DNA of 64,000 nucleotides from Eledone cirrhosa (GCA_964016885.1 OZ024743.1:326368001-326432000), one strand, 5' to 3'; numbered from the stretch's first letter, positions 40,141-53,608 are shown. The notes: a model not told the origin generated them from the sequence alone. Numbers and translations: made by a program.

Positions 40141-40172
<32 letters not shown>

Positions 40173-40303
40173 TTATATATATATTATATATATATTTATA
40201 TATATATATTATATATATACATACATAGATATACATATATACATATATATATACATATATACATATATACATATATGTATATATATATATATATATATAT
40301 ACA

Positions 40304-40409
<106 letters not shown>

Positions 40410-40919
40410 CCCAGGGAGTGTAACGTAAAGTTACTGTAGGTTCACCCCGGAGTGTAGAGCTAGGCAGAGTGTAATATAATAATACAAGGACGATTTGTTA
40501 AGCCTTCATTGTGTCTATTGATCGGTGACGCGCGTTTCGCTATTGATCAGCTCAAGGTTCGATCTGTATTGATCTGGCCCGATCTGGAATCAAAAGCTCG
40601 TCGGACCTCTGCTGTTGTAATGACATTACATATACATATATACATGATGGCTGCCCCCTCGTTATCGAGTATGGCCATTGCACGATATACCATTATTAAT
40701 AATCTGAGGGCGGTAGTTTGGCAGTATCGGCAGAGGGCCGGACAACATGCCCTGTAGCACAGAGTTACGCCCCCTTCTGATCTGAGTTCAAACCCCGTCG
40801 AGGTTAACCTTGCCTTCCATCCCCACGGGGTCGACAAAACAAAGCACCAGTAATGCACTGGGTAATTGCTGGCCTTGTGCCAAAAGTAGAAACAATTAAT
40901 AATAATTAATTAATTCTAT

Positions 40920-41135
40920 CGTGCAATGCCTGTGCGTGAAGATATGTTTTAAAGTGACGAAAGACTGTGCACTGAGCCAATCCCACTCTCTGAGCGACAG
41001 TAGATATAACCCGAAAAGAAGAAAAGATCAATATCATCGGTAACTACTGAACCGCAGGTTTTATATCGGAGTTATCCCAGTTTCCTGAGTTGCCTTCTCC
41101 TAGAAGAATGCCCTGAGAAAGGCTAGGGGTCCTTC
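40920..41135 (+). repeat. Dispersed repeat of unassigned family; a reverse-complement copy lies at ~54085-54275
   Basis: GCAATGCCTGTGC.GTGAAG...ACTG..CA...AGCCA.TCCCACTCTC...AAAAGAAGAA...TCAA.ATCAT.GG...TTATATC.GAGTT...CTAGAA...AAGGCTA.GGG shared by both copies. Confidence 0.6.
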
Positions 41136-42079
41136 ACTCCCAGTGGTTTAACCGCGCGATCGGGTGTCCAGCCCGACTACTTCTATGTCCCCGCGCATAT
41201 ACATACACATGCACCCATGCATATACACATATACACACATATGTACATGTGTATATACATATTTACACACTTTTGGATGGACGTTGACCCTTATACATAC
41301 ATACGTACATATATACATATATATTAGAAAGTGAGGTTTTTTTTACAAAATGAAAAATAACCGAGGTGTCCTACACGAGTGAAAGAATAAAGAAAAAAAG
41401 ATGAAATCGAAAATGCAACTGGAGTCTTATTTAAAAAAAATATATATATTTATTTGGTTCCTTTACCAGTTTTTCTCACATCTTTTTCTCACATCTTTTT
41501 TTTTCCTTTACTGATTTTTCTCGCATCTGATGAGAGAAAAACCACAGACCCTCCATCTCAACTCTACTTTTGAAAAGCAGAAGAACTGCGAAACCGGTAA
41601 AGGAACCAAATAAATATATATATATTTTTTTAAATAAGACTCCAGTTGCATTTTCGATTTCATCTTTATATATATATATATATATATATATAAGAATGTA
41701 TTTCTACGCGTTTAAGGAAAGTTTGAGCAGCCTGCATTAATATAGTGCTATATAGCCGAACTGGATTTAAAAGTGTTCGAGGTATATACATTAAAATATA
41801 TTACAGCCAGTCACTGCTGTGTTTCACGACAGAGAGTGCATTGAAAAATACAAAAATACGTTAAAGAAAATAAATATTTGAATTAAATTAGGTTATTTAT
41901 ACATATGGCGGCGAATTAGAAAGTCGTTCAGGCGTCGGGTTAAAAATGTCTCGATATTTGTTCCAGTTCACTACGCTTTGAGTTCAAATCCTACCATAGT
42001 TAACTTTGCTTTCCATCATTTCGAAGTCGATAAAAAAAACTCCAATATTGAGGTTGGTTCTCTCTCTCTTTCCGCTCTG

Positions 42080-42145
<66 letters not shown>

Positions 42146-42299
42146 CACTCACCCCCCTCTCTCTCTGAAATCCAATGTCTTCAGGCCTGAGGAAGGATGG
42201 GGTCTGATAGGATTAAAATACCCAAGACACATCATATGTCAGGACGGCGCCCCTGCGTCTCCATCAACAGTTAAGTGCCCTTGATCGTTTTATACATAC

Positions 42300-42399
42300 C
42301 TGCGATACAGAATACGTAATAAACCAGAGCTGTAAATATTACAATGAAATGTCTTGAAATTCGAAATTTTTCTCTTTCGGTGAACCAGCAATCGCACAT
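42300..42399 (-). CDS. Candidate first coding exon with signal peptide or anchor (MCDCWFTEREKFRISRHFIVIFTALVYYVFCIA), possibly of the chitinase gene
   Basis: ATG preceded by an in-frame TAA, basic then hydrophobic stretch, CAG|gtatgt phase-1 donor, in non-repetitive sequence on the same strand as the chitinase exons. Linkage to the chitinase is inference across an assembly gap. Confidence 0.45.
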
Positions 42400-42976
42400 T
42401 TAATCCATGCCCCGAGCTATTAATATATTTCTCAGAATACAAACGCGCATATCTACGAGCGATCTACCAAAAAACTCCAATAACGAAATTTTAAAGCAAT
42501 AAAAATTAAAATACTAACTGAATTAAAAACAACTTGAGGCATATACATTAAAACATACATATGTTATACTACCAGAAGACACCGTTGTATTTCTGGATAC
42601 AGGGCACATTTAATATTCTCAAGCAGTGAAGTATCCAGGAATTCATATATATATATCACATGAGAAACGGAGAATCAGTGGTGCGACGAATTAAAATTTA
42701 TTAGACATATTACAATCGTTTCTCTACGACGAGCTCGAGACACGATCGATGCGATGATCGTATTTTTGGACTATTACCATACCTTATGTAAAGACAATGT
42801 TGAGAAAAATACGTTGGTAAGCAATCTTATTTTTGTTTGTACACTGATCTACACAAAAACTTTTATCCGTACATAACTTCATATATATATATATATATAT
42901 TAATTCAAAATGGTTAAGATTCAGTCATGACTGAATCTTAACCATCTACTAAGTCAGGGTATGTCATGCATCATCT

Positions 42977-43043
42977 TATTTTATCTGATGAGGAGGTACT
43001 GTTGAAGATAGCTCAGTACCTCTGAAATATGTATAATAAAATA
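42977..43043 (+). ncRNA. Minimal type I hammerhead ribozyme; further copies at 49046-49112(-) and 49188-49254(+)
   Basis: TATTTTAT-CTGATGA-GGAGGTACTG...CAGTACCTCT-GAAA-TATGTA-TA-ATAAAATA, with a quasi-palindromic stem III. Confidence 0.82.
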
Positions 43044-43083
43044 TACTTGATCACAAGAATATCTATTTTGTTAATATTTTGAA

Positions 43084-43167
<84 letters not shown>

Positions 43168-43402
43168 GTTATGTACGGATAAAAGTTTTTTGTGTAGATC
43201 AGTGTACAAAAAAAAATAAGATTGCTTACCAAAGTATTTTTCTCAACATTGTCCTTGCATAAGGTATGGTAATAGTCCAAAAAAAAGAGATCAAAGTACA
43301 GTATCCAGGTGGAAGATCACCGTGTAATAATATATAATATATTTAAATGTATAGGAAAAACATACGACTGAGCGTGAAGTGAAGAATTTAATCAAAGTTC
43401 AT

Positions 43403-43515
43403 TCTTTAATACATGTTTCAATACAATATCAGTCTACGAGTGCTTGTTGCATATTAATATTATGATTATGCCCATTCACTAGCAATACGTTAAATACTGT
43501 ATTTCATCAGAAAGA
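43403..43515 (-). ncRNA. Hammerhead-like motif with an imperfect stem I register
   Basis: TCTTT-CTGATGA-AATACAGTAT...ATATTGTATT-GAAA-CATG-TA-TTAAAGA. Confidence 0.55.
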
Positions 43516-43689
43516 TTTCAAAGTTCGAGGTGAGGTCGCTTCATCTTGCACTAAAAATATTCTTACTGCTATCCACTCGGATTAAAAGGCAACCGGACTA
43601 ATAGAGGTGAGGTAGAACAGATATATGGGTAGCAGTAAGAATATTTTTACTGCAAGATGCAGCGACCTTATCTTGAACTTTGAAATCGA

Positions 43690-44000
43690 CCAGGTACTGA
43701 TGGTCGACCCTATCGAATGCTTTCGAATGATCTAAATTGATCAGAGCCACACCGAATCCAGGTTTACATCCTACCCTCTCTATGATGTATCGCATGAGGT
43801 GGAGGTTGTCGTGTATGGACCTAGTCGGGATTGCGCAAGTTTGCGCCTCCCCAACCAAATCTTCGACGACAAGCGCCAACCTCTTCGCTAACACCTTGGC
43901 CCAAATCTTAAACTCTGTGATGAGCATAGCTATGGGCCTGAAGTTATCTAATGTGTCCCTCTTTTTTTCGTCTTTCCTTATCAGCATCACTACGCCCCGA
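43690..44000 (-). mobile_element. L1/Tx1-clade RT fragment
   Basis: NFRPIAML...KIWAKVLAKRL...QTCAIP.RSIHDNL...LINLD.SKAFDRVDH. Confidence 0.88.
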
Positions 44001-44014
44001 AACTGAAAGGAGAT

Positions 44015-44560
44015 TGATAGAAAAAGAAATGTATGGACAATTCCATAGACATGTTGAAGATAGGACAGGCAGAGAAAAAGGTGATTATGGATGGCTAAAA
44101 TGATCTAAAACCGGAAACAGAAGCCTTAATCTGTGCTGCTCAAGCACAAGCCCTAAGAACTAACTACATCAAGCATAGAGTAGACCACACATCAGAAAGT
44201 GATAAGTGGAGAATTTCTGGAATGAATGGAGAAACTGTATGGCATATTACCAGTCAATGCATACCACTAATTCAGAAAGAATATAAGAGGCGCTACGACA
44301 ACTTAGCAAGGATAGTCCATTGGGCACTTTGACACAAATATGCACTTGACAGAGCAGAGAAATGGTACGAACATAACCCTGAGGGTGTTATCGAAAATGA
44401 TGATGCAAAGATCCTGTGTGGCTTTGTGATACAGTGTGACCATCAGATTGAGCACAGGAGACCATATATTGTATTAATTGAGAAATAAAACAAACAGTGT
44501 TGGATACTAGATATAGCCTGTCCAGCTGATAACAAGGCATGCGATAAAGAAGGAAAAGGA
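44015..44560 (+). mobile_element. Second R4/Dong/Rex6-type C-terminal fragment (zinc knuckle and RLE), degraded
   Basis: Manual translation: MYGQF...LKPETEALICAAQAQALRTNYIK...ETVWHITSQC...EYKRRYD..ARIVHW...EHRRP.I...ILDIACP.D. Confidence 0.82.
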
Positions 44561-44561
44561 T

Positions 44562-45918
44562 TGATAGATAGCTAGATAGATATATGGATAGATAGATAGA
44601 TAAATAGATAGATAGATATGTTTCTTTATTAGCCACAGGGGCACAAAAGAAGGGGACAAATACAAAGGGGGAAGTTTACATACGATAAAAACGTGTAAAA
44701 TACTATCACAAATGCAAATTAAAAATTAATCGATTTTCCCCAATAGGGGAGACACTTCATATGGGTAACACATACCGCCGAAAAAATGTGCAACCCTCTT
44801 CTCCAGGAGTACGAAGAGTTTGTACCCCTTTCCTCTCTTCCCCTTTTTCCTCAACCTACAGGCTGATATAGAGAGAAGGCCCATTCACTCGGGCCATTCT
44901 CGCCACTTTCACACACCTTTCATAAAACTTGCTGGGGTACAGCACCTCTCTCTCCATCCTGACTCTTCTTCCAAAGTGGTATTTAAAAAAAATAATCAGT
45001 TGTTGGCCGGAGAGAAAGGTGTCTGACCTCAGCCCTTTCAACCTCGTCCACTACACAACCTCTTTCGCCATAGCTATCACACAAAGGAAACCGCCTCTCC
45101 TTCGTTTTTGAAGGAGGGTGGCGGTTTGATCATGACAATGGACTCGGTAGTCAACCGGATTGGTCCCACCCGCGACAATAGTCGTTCTATATAGCCCCAC
45201 AGGTCGGTAACGCCCGGGCAGTGTATGAATGCGTGAGCGACGGTTTCTTCGTCTCGCACGTATCTCGGACAGATCTTTTTCGAAGGGTCCCTGCCCGGGC
45301 GCCCATGTCTGTAGAGCTTGTCTCGAACTGGTAGAGCACCTCGGTAGCACTGCCAGGCCAGGGACTTTGGGAAGTTGTCCATCGGTCCCGGGCGGAAGGT
45401 CCTACCAAACAGACTGGCCAGTTCGTCTTCCTCTACGCCTAGAGTTTCTCCGAGCGCGTTGTCGCACTTGCTGCGGATCAACCCTCTATAGAATGACGAA
45501 GTGGAGTCTCCACTGATCGCCGGGTCCGCCTGCCAGAGGGCTGTGAGCGCCTGAGCACATTCGATGTGCCAGTCGCCCATTTTCCTCGGTCTTTGCTTGA
45601 CCCAGGACTGCAGCTCGGTCAGCGAGACGAGTCGTCGGAAGGCTCGCCTCACGAACGGGGCCCACACCGGTTTTCCGGTGAGGAATACGTAGAGATGCCG
45701 CAGCCTGAACGCGTGTTTGCGCATCGTCATCCAGGGCATCCCCAGCCCTCTGTTGGAAGGGTGTTGGCAGCAGATGGATCTTCTCACCAAAGGAGCTTGC
45801 TTCTTCCAAAGGAATTGGAAGAGCGCGCACTCCATTTTGGTGAGCGTTTTGGCTGGACAAGGCACGACGGTCAAGCGGTAGTAGATGACGGACGCTATAA
45901 AAGTGTTCGCCACCTCCG
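44562..45918 (-). mobile_element. Tx1-clade LINE 3' part (ORF2 C-terminus with zinc finger, 3' UTR, AATAAA and (TATC)n)
   Basis: FQFLW......V.R......GLG.P...ALPV...L..H...CP.....ETVAHAFIHC. AATAAAG is followed by TATC repeats at 44562-44620. Confidence 0.85.
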
Positions 45919-46042
45919 CTAATATGCAGATCTGACTGATCGGCCAGTCTGCTAATATGCAAATCAGGCCGATCAGTCACTGTGTATTTTTGAAAATAGC
46001 ATATATTTTCACTAGCTCTGACAGTTTGGCAGGTAATCAGTG

Positions 46043-46090
46043 AGCTGTACTGATGAAGGGTGATACTCACAAACATTAGTGTCTGCAGTT
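46043..46090 (+). ncRNA. Degenerate hammerhead motif (G12 missing)
   Basis: AGCTGTA-CTGATGA-aGGGTgatACTCac-AAA-CATTAGTG-TC-TGCAGTT. Confidence 0.5.
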
Positions 46091-46253
46091 CTGTTCACAT
46101 GCCAACACAAGAGCAAGAATGAAGTGTTCATTCTACTGACATGGCTATAAAATTGAGGCTTGTTTGCATAATTGCAAACGAATCGAATGTTATTATTAAT
46201 ATTCGAAAAACTCAGATTAGATTTATTGTATTCAGCCATGTAGAGCGAAATTT

Positions 46254-46361
<108 letters not shown>

Positions 46362-46493
46362 TAAAACATGTCTATAGAATCACCAGATAAAATATATACC
46401 ATTTCCTCTCCCAATTAGCATAATTAATCATATAAAAAATCGAATATATATATATATACACACACACGCACGCACACACACACACATATATAT

Positions 46494-46555
<62 letters not shown>

Positions 46556-47208
46556 TATTGCTCGCCTTCATTTCTTTGGTCTCTTTTTTGTTTTTACTTC
46601 GTGATCACTATTATCATGTATATTTAATCTCTTGTATGCTTCCAGTCAAAAAAGTAATCGTCAGAGTTATTTGTCGCATTTACAGATAATCTTATTTTGG
46701 CCTGAAACAATTAGATACTATTTCGATTATATGTCATAGCCGTGTCACAATATGAAGATATCTCAGAAAACATAGCAGATGGGATTTGCTTTTATTATTT
46801 GTTTGTTTTGTTTTTGTTTTTTTTTCTTTTCGTTAATACCATTTTATCTATACCCAACAGAAAGATATTAGTGAATAATGATAATAACTGAAGCAAATGT
46901 ACTACATATGATTAGCAAAGAAAGCCCAAGTCGGTGTCTGCATGTGTGTGTGTATGGTGTATTGGATATTCTTAATTTATAAAGCCGAAATAAATGATAC
47001 ATTGTGTTTATAATGTCTGCGGGTTATACGGGGAAAATGGAAAGCTAAGATATTTGTAATAATGGAGATTGAAATAGAAAGAGGGGTGGGGAGATTTAAA
47101 GAGACCATAATTATAATTATATTTAATATAGACATAAGCACACACATTTTGTAACGAGTGGGTGAATTTATGTTACAGTCAATTCAACCAAGCTCCGTAA
47201 ATGAATTG

Positions 47209-47262
47209 TATCGTATTTCGTGGCATATAAGACGCTCCGGTGCATTAGACGCACCCTAGTTT
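47209..47262 (+). mobile_element. Probable Tc1/mariner/pogo-type terminal inverted repeat remnant
   Basis: TA-TCGTATTTCGTGGCATATAAGACGCTCCGG...TAGACGCACC resembles CCGTATTT..TATAAGACGCAC-type TIRs; no partner end was found. Confidence 0.4.
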
Positions 47263-47939
47263 AGAAGGAAATAATCAGAAAGAAATATTAAGAGTGCCTA
47301 ATACCAAGTAATTCACTCTACTGAAACCTAACAACTTGAAATCCTCACAAATCATCACAATCCTAGATGGAGCACTAAATGTAAATCAAATCATAATATA
47401 ATAAAGGGAGGAGTGCGGGACTGTGTCCTGAATATATTTTTTTATCCCGTTAGTAAAATAAGTTGGATTGCTTTGAATAAATAATTAATGAATATTACAT
47501 AATTTATGTACTAAATTTCGTAGCTGTTGATTAAACATAAATATTCTTATATACAATGATTGCTTATTTTAAGATTCACTTCTTTTAAATTTTCAAATGT
47601 TAATACTTCCGGTTATGATATGTCGTACGCTATATCATATCACTTGTATAACCGTTCATATATTTGCATCGTTATATCATAACGTTTATGTTTCTGTCGC
47701 TAATTTTCTCCTTTTTCGTTTTCATTACATTTCACCGTAATGCAGTTTATATATAATAGCGTCTTTTTTTTAATGTATCATGGATTACTTTACTGGTTAC
47801 AGAAGAGAGTTTAACACAGCCTCTCTTCCATTTATGTACATATTGTCAATTACGATTTTATTTGATGTCCTATATCTACATGCATATATATTTGCGTATA
47901 ATATCAATATGCACACTACACATGCTAGCAGAAAACCAC

Positions 47940-47980
47940 CTGTTGTTGTTGTTGTTACTGCTACTGCTTTTGTTGTTGCT

Positions 47981-48026
<46 letters not shown>

Positions 48027-48110
48027 TTGTTGTTGTTGTTGTTGTTACTGCTGTTGTTGTTGTTGTTGTTGTTGCTGTTGTTGTTGCTGTTGCTGTTGTT
48101 GCTGCTGCTG

Positions 48111-48152
<42 letters not shown>

Positions 48153-48172
48153 CGTCGTCGTCGTTGTCGTCG

Positions 48173-48237
<65 letters not shown>

Positions 48238-48284
48238 GCTGCTGCTGCTGCTGTTGTTGTTGTTGTTGTTGTTGCTGCTGTGAT

Positions 48285-48335
<51 letters not shown>

Positions 48336-48337
48336 GC

Positions 48338-48398
<61 letters not shown>

Positions 48399-48492
48399 GC
48401 TACTGCTGCTGCTGCTACTGTTGTTGTTGTTTATGTTGCTGCTGCTACTGTTGTTGTTGATGTTGCTGCTGCTGTTGTTGTTGTTGTTGTTG
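47940..48492. repeat. Compound (GTT)n/(GCT)n trinucleotide microsatellite
   Basis: Directly visible. Confidence 0.95.
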
Positions 48493-48945
48493 AATATATA
48501 TATATATATATGTCAATGCATGCACACACGCACGTGTGTGTAAGTGTGTGATAATTCATTTTATCTTTCCTTTTATATCTATTTCTATTAATCTTTTCTA
48601 AAGGATGCCTTCAATATTAGTGATATATCATTTTTAGAATGGTATATTGAAATAGAATGGTATATTGAAATTATGAATAGAATTCAAGTGAGTCTTTAAA
48701 TAATATATAAACAAACACGGTTTTAGCGTGTAGACCAATTCATTATATCAAAATAAAGCATTTAACGAATTTATGAAATCGTTTCTTTTTTATTTTATTT
48801 GATATTTTTATTTTATTTTATTTATTTATTTTTTTTTTTTACGAATGGAAATATATTAACAACGGATTCAAGACAAGGACACTTGCATACTTTCTATTTG
48901 GACATTGCTTATTACAGTACGTTCATCAATTAAAGATAGAATCAA

Positions 48946-49001
<56 letters not shown>

Positions 49002-49004
<3 letters not shown>

Positions 49005-49312
49005 TTCAAAATATTAACAAAAATAGACATTCGTGTGATCAAGTATATTTTATTATACATATTTCAGAGGTACTGAGCTAACTTTAACAGTACGTCCTCA
49101 TCAGATAAAATAAGATGATGCATGACGTACCCTGACATAGTAGATGGTTAAGATTCAGTCTATGTCAGGGTATGTCATGCATCATCTTATTTTATCTGAT
49201 GAGGACGTACTGTTCAAGTTAGCTCAGTACCTCTGAAATATGTATAATAAAATATACTTGATCACACGAATGTCTATTTTTCTTAATATTCTTAATATTT
49301 TGAATTAATATT
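49002..49312. mobile_element. Inverted pair of a hammerhead-bearing non-coding element between (TA)n tracts
   Basis: Arms at 49002-49140 and 49160-49312; same family as 42940-43088. Confidence 0.8.
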
Positions 49313-49400
49313 AATAACTCCGGAAAACCATACTGTTGAGTGCTTCCAATCTATTGTAAAACTCATTCTTTGATTTATTCATTGAATCTTGTTTAACCTT

Positions 49401-49445
<45 letters not shown>

Positions 49446-49472
49446 TCTCTAGAGAAGCCGGAAGATGGGTAT

Positions 49473-49515
49473 ATATTGCTGATGAGATGTAATAACATCG
49501 AAACTAGTCCAATAT
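49473..49515 (+). ncRNA. Canonical minimal type I hammerhead ribozyme
   Basis: ATATTG-CTGATGA-GATGTaataACATC-GAAA-CTAG-TC-CAATAT. Stem I is extended by AGATGGG/CCTGTCT and TTCTCTAGAGA/TCTCTGGAGAA. Confidence 0.9.
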
Positions 49516-49903
49516 TCCTGTCTGACTCTCTGGAGAATAAAGGAAATGTGTTTCCTTGAAAACTCGTATGACTCTAAAACCCGGTCCGTCTGTGTGGTTA
49601 CATACAGACTAGCTGGACACTCACTGTAAAGTGTCTAGTGAAAAACTCAGTACATGTACATATGTATACATGTGTGTATTTATATGCATACTAGTACTTC
49701 CGTATACATATGTAGATGTACACTTTAACTTAATTATATATATATATATATAACGGAGGAAATACTCAATACTTAGGGTAGTAGAGTGGGTAATAGGAAC
49801 GAGTAGGACCCCGACGGCTGAGCTCAAGCTGTTTCGACGGCTAATTCAGTCCAGAATTAGCCGTCGAAACGGCTTGAGCTCAGCCGTCGGGGTCCTACTC
49901 GTT

Positions 49904-49980
<77 letters not shown>

Positions 49981-50199
49981 ATGTGTGTGTGTGTGTATAT
50001 ATATATATAATTGTTTCTACTTTTGGCACACGGCCAGCAATTATCCCAGTGTATTACTGGTACTTTATTTTATCGACCCCGCAAGGATGAAAGGCAAAGT
50101 TAACCTCGGCGGGATTTGAACTCAGACCATAAAGGGGCATAACTCTTTGCTGCAAAGCATAGCGTCCGACCCTCTACCGATACTGCCAATCCACCGCAA

Positions 50200-52480
50200 T
50201 GGCGATGAATTTGTTTTGCGAGGTTTTTGATATGAAATTGTGTGTCGAAACAAATATTGTTATACTTGGGGAGGGTCATATTGTTTTAATAATATTGTCA
50301 GAAATAATAACAGAACACACTCACTATTTGGTTGGTTTTCGCTTCTGTATCTTTTATATCTCCACAGTTAATTCATTCGGTCCTCAATGTTTATTATTGA
50401 CTGACCAACGGTCAAAAATAGAGATATGATATAGATATAAAAACATATATATAGTCTAACAAAGTTCTTTCGTTGCACATCTACAACATCATCAGTGGAA
50501 CTATTATGTTCCTCCTGTTGTATTGTATATTCTACGCCATTTTTATTTCATCTGTTTATTTATTTATTTATTTTTGTCTTCTTTGCTCATGCGTTTGCGT
50601 GTGTGTATAGTGTTTGGTGTGTGTTCGTGTTTTGGTCATTGTATTCTATCTTAGTTTACTAGTGTGTGTTTATATGTGTTTGTTGTTATTGTGCTTGTGT
50701 ATTTATTTATTTATTTATTTATATTTCTCTTAAGTCAGTATTGTTTGTTTGGGTGTTGTTCTTATTCCATTCACTTTTTCTGTTTAGCTTTGGCTTCTAT
50801 GCTCTATTTCGCTTGCCTCTCTAATTTACCTATCGGCTGGGTCATTTCTATGTTTAGATATTATTTTAATTTCTATGTTGTCTATGTTACCGCCATGTTG
50901 TTGTCTGGCGAGTTCGTATAGTACTGAACCGTTTTTTCGTCCTTTTAGTTCCCCCCAGTGTTGGTCTATCCTTTCACCTATGCTACGAGCTGTCTCACCT
51001 ATGTATGTTGTTGTCATGTTTCTGCAAGTACCCTCTGTACATCTTATGCTATAGACTACGTTTCTAGTTTTACAGTTTAGCTGGGGGTTTACTTTACATA
51101 TAACACATTTCCTATTAGTACAGTGGGTTTTCTTAAAAGGGTAGGTTTTGCTGATCAGGGATTTTATGGTGGTTCCTGGCTTTTCTACCACTTTAATCTT
51201 TAAGTGGGTCTTTCTCAGGGCCTTTCTACACTGGTTAGCTAATTTCCCTCCAGCGGTAGCGTCCACGAACATGACACTCTGGTATCGCTGGTTGTCGTAC
51301 CATGAGGTGGCTTTCCCTATCTTATGTTTAGTCCTATCTAAGCTATTCCATGATTTCCTCCTGTATAATGGGAAAATTCCTTTCATGTCCAGTTCTATGA
51401 GGGTCTTATACTTCTCCGTGGCTTCTTCGTATACTCTGATTCTGTCTCTTTGGTTGTAGGCAGAGAACTGCATGCGGTTGATGAAGTGTTGGATGTGTCT
51501 TTCCATTTCTGTTGGGTCGCACATGCGGGACACGTTCTTCATCACTCGTACCAAGTCTGCGATCAGAATATTAAACTTAGCACTACTGGACATTGCTGAG
51601 TTTTTGAGTATCAGGTATTTGGAGGCCATGGGTTTAGCGTAGTGTGAGTTGAGAATTTGGGCCCTCTCGTCTATAGTGTTAATCCAGAGTTCCGTGTCTA
51701 ATACAGGTAGCCTACTGTTAGGGTGTTTGGAAGGGTAGTCGATAGTTACAGTTATACTCTAGTGTATGGAGTTAGCTATCTGCTGGATGCTTTCTATTGT
51801 GCTGCATTCTAAACCATACTTGTTAGTACTCTCTTGTGGGGGTGTCCTTATTACTATATTAATATCGTCTACGTAACGAGAGTACATGATGAGGTCTATG
51901 GAGCTCTCATCAAGGAGATCTTTGAGTCTCCTTTCCCACCATACCATAAAAAGGTTGGTAACGTCACCAACTATGCTGACGCCAATGGCTGCTCCCTCAT
52001 TTTGGGTGTAGATCTTTTCGTTGAATTTGAATATGTGGCCCTTTAGGGTAGTTTTATTACTAGCCCCTATTGCATGCGCGACCATTTTTCTTACCTGATC
52101 GTTGTTTTGGGGGCCCGTATGGCTTTGGTCCACCCAATCCACCTTCCCATGGGAGTCTTTTTTGCCATTGAGGTTATGGTGGGGGAGGGGTCTACCTCTT
52201 ATGGGTCTACTGGGGCAGAAACGGCTAAGGTCATGGCTGTCTGGGTAGTCGGTGTCATAGGTAAGTCTAAGTAGGAGGCCCAGTTCGTCTGTGTCGACGT
52301 CGCAGAACTCCACCTCACTCTCACTGATCATCTCCACACATTTTTCCACAGCAAAATCAATGTTAATGGATGGGTATAGTGATACCACGTCCATACTGCC
52401 TATTATGCAGTTAGATAGGTTTTTGTTTTTGTTGTATTCATTGATTTCATATGGTTCCAGTTCCTCAGAGGAATAACAAC
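50200..52480 (-). mobile_element. Penelope-like element family B (RT + GIY-YIG, disrupted) with 3' UTR and a hammerhead-like core at 50451-50504
   Basis: GSMDVVSLYPSI, F.FN.KIY.Q.EG.AIG, YSRYVDDI, VVYSIRC...YIGETARSIGERI.QH. Confidence 0.93.
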
Positions 52481-52644
52481 ACAACCAGGAGCTGGACATA
52501 TTTTACTCCGTCAATACATCGATATGTCCAGCTCCTGGTTGTGTTGTTATTCCATATGGTTCCAGGAGCTGGACATATCGATGTATTGACGGAGTAAAAC
52601 ACACTTCAACAACATGCGTACCTGTCTTTCCCACACCAATTCGG

Positions 52645-52701
52645 ACTGCCTGAAGAGGTCACAGCCAATGATGGCTGTCACCGAAATATATATATAGCAG
52701 T
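52645..52701 (+). ncRNA. Type I hammerhead ribozyme with an (AT)n palindromic stem III
   Basis: ACTGC-CTGAAGA-GGTcACAGCCAatgaTGGCTGTcACC-GAAA-TATATATA-TA-GCAGT. Confidence 0.85.
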
Positions 52702-53608
52702 ATATCTATAATTTATAATAATCGAAGCCAAATTTTACATATTTGACTTAATTATTTTACATTACTCCGGAGTAAACAAACCAACCTGCGTACTTCGTCG
52801 AGTGCTCCTATCTGCACACTGAGGTGTCGGTAAACAACCAACACATACTCAATATATATATATATAAGTAAACGAGGTATCGTATAAAGTAATCCAAGTA
52901 GAGGTTGTGAGTAATCTATACAGTGGATGATTTCTAACGTGCGGTGGTGTTTGACGGGACAAGATGTCTACTTAGTTGTGGTGTTCCGGTGGCCTATTCC
53001 AGACAGTTCTTAGGTAAGCAGTTCCTGGAGTATTAATAATTGTTTCTACTTTTGGCACAAAGCCAGCAATTATCCAGTACATTACTGGTACTTTATTTTA
53101 TCGACCCCGTAAGGATGAAAGGCAAAGTTAATCTCGGCAGGATTTGAACTCAGATCAGAAAGGGGCGTAACTCTGTGCTACAAAGCATCTTTCCGACCCT
53201 CTACCGATACTGCCAAACCACCGCCCTTCTGGAGTATTAATAATGAAGTAGTGAAGAATAACACGGATTAGCTATACAGTAAGGTTAGGGTTTTGGCTGG
53301 TGATAACAGTACTTAAAATCGAATGTCAAAGCAGCACCGCAGATAGCGATTTTTAGAAACACGAGACACTGAAACATTTGTTGATACCTGGAATAAACCC
53401 ATTCTATAGAATATCCGTGTCAAGATCCCGTTAAGGGTGAAAGCAGCGATTCTTTGCTTAAACTTTAATCTGTTATTTTAGTATATATATATATATAGTA
53501 ATAATATTAAAATTGAAGACTAAAATCCAAAGAGGGCTCGATAAGGATAAATATATATCAAATATATAAGAACCGTAGAGCAAATATTTATTAAAATAAC
53601 AGATTAAA

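Noticed and set aside
41527-41600. CTGATGA...GAAACCGGTA as an intact hammerhead
   Set aside because: Stem I and stem II partners do not pair; at most a rearranged remnant.
43598-45913. One Tx1 element interrupted by an R4 insertion
   Set aside because: On the minus strand the RT piece lies downstream of the 3' end, the wrong order for a single element, so I treated them as separate fragments.
47780-48551. Poly-Leu, poly-Val and poly-Cys ORFs, and the many YIYI, CVCV and THTH ORFs elsewhere
   Set aside because: Translations of simple microsatellites.
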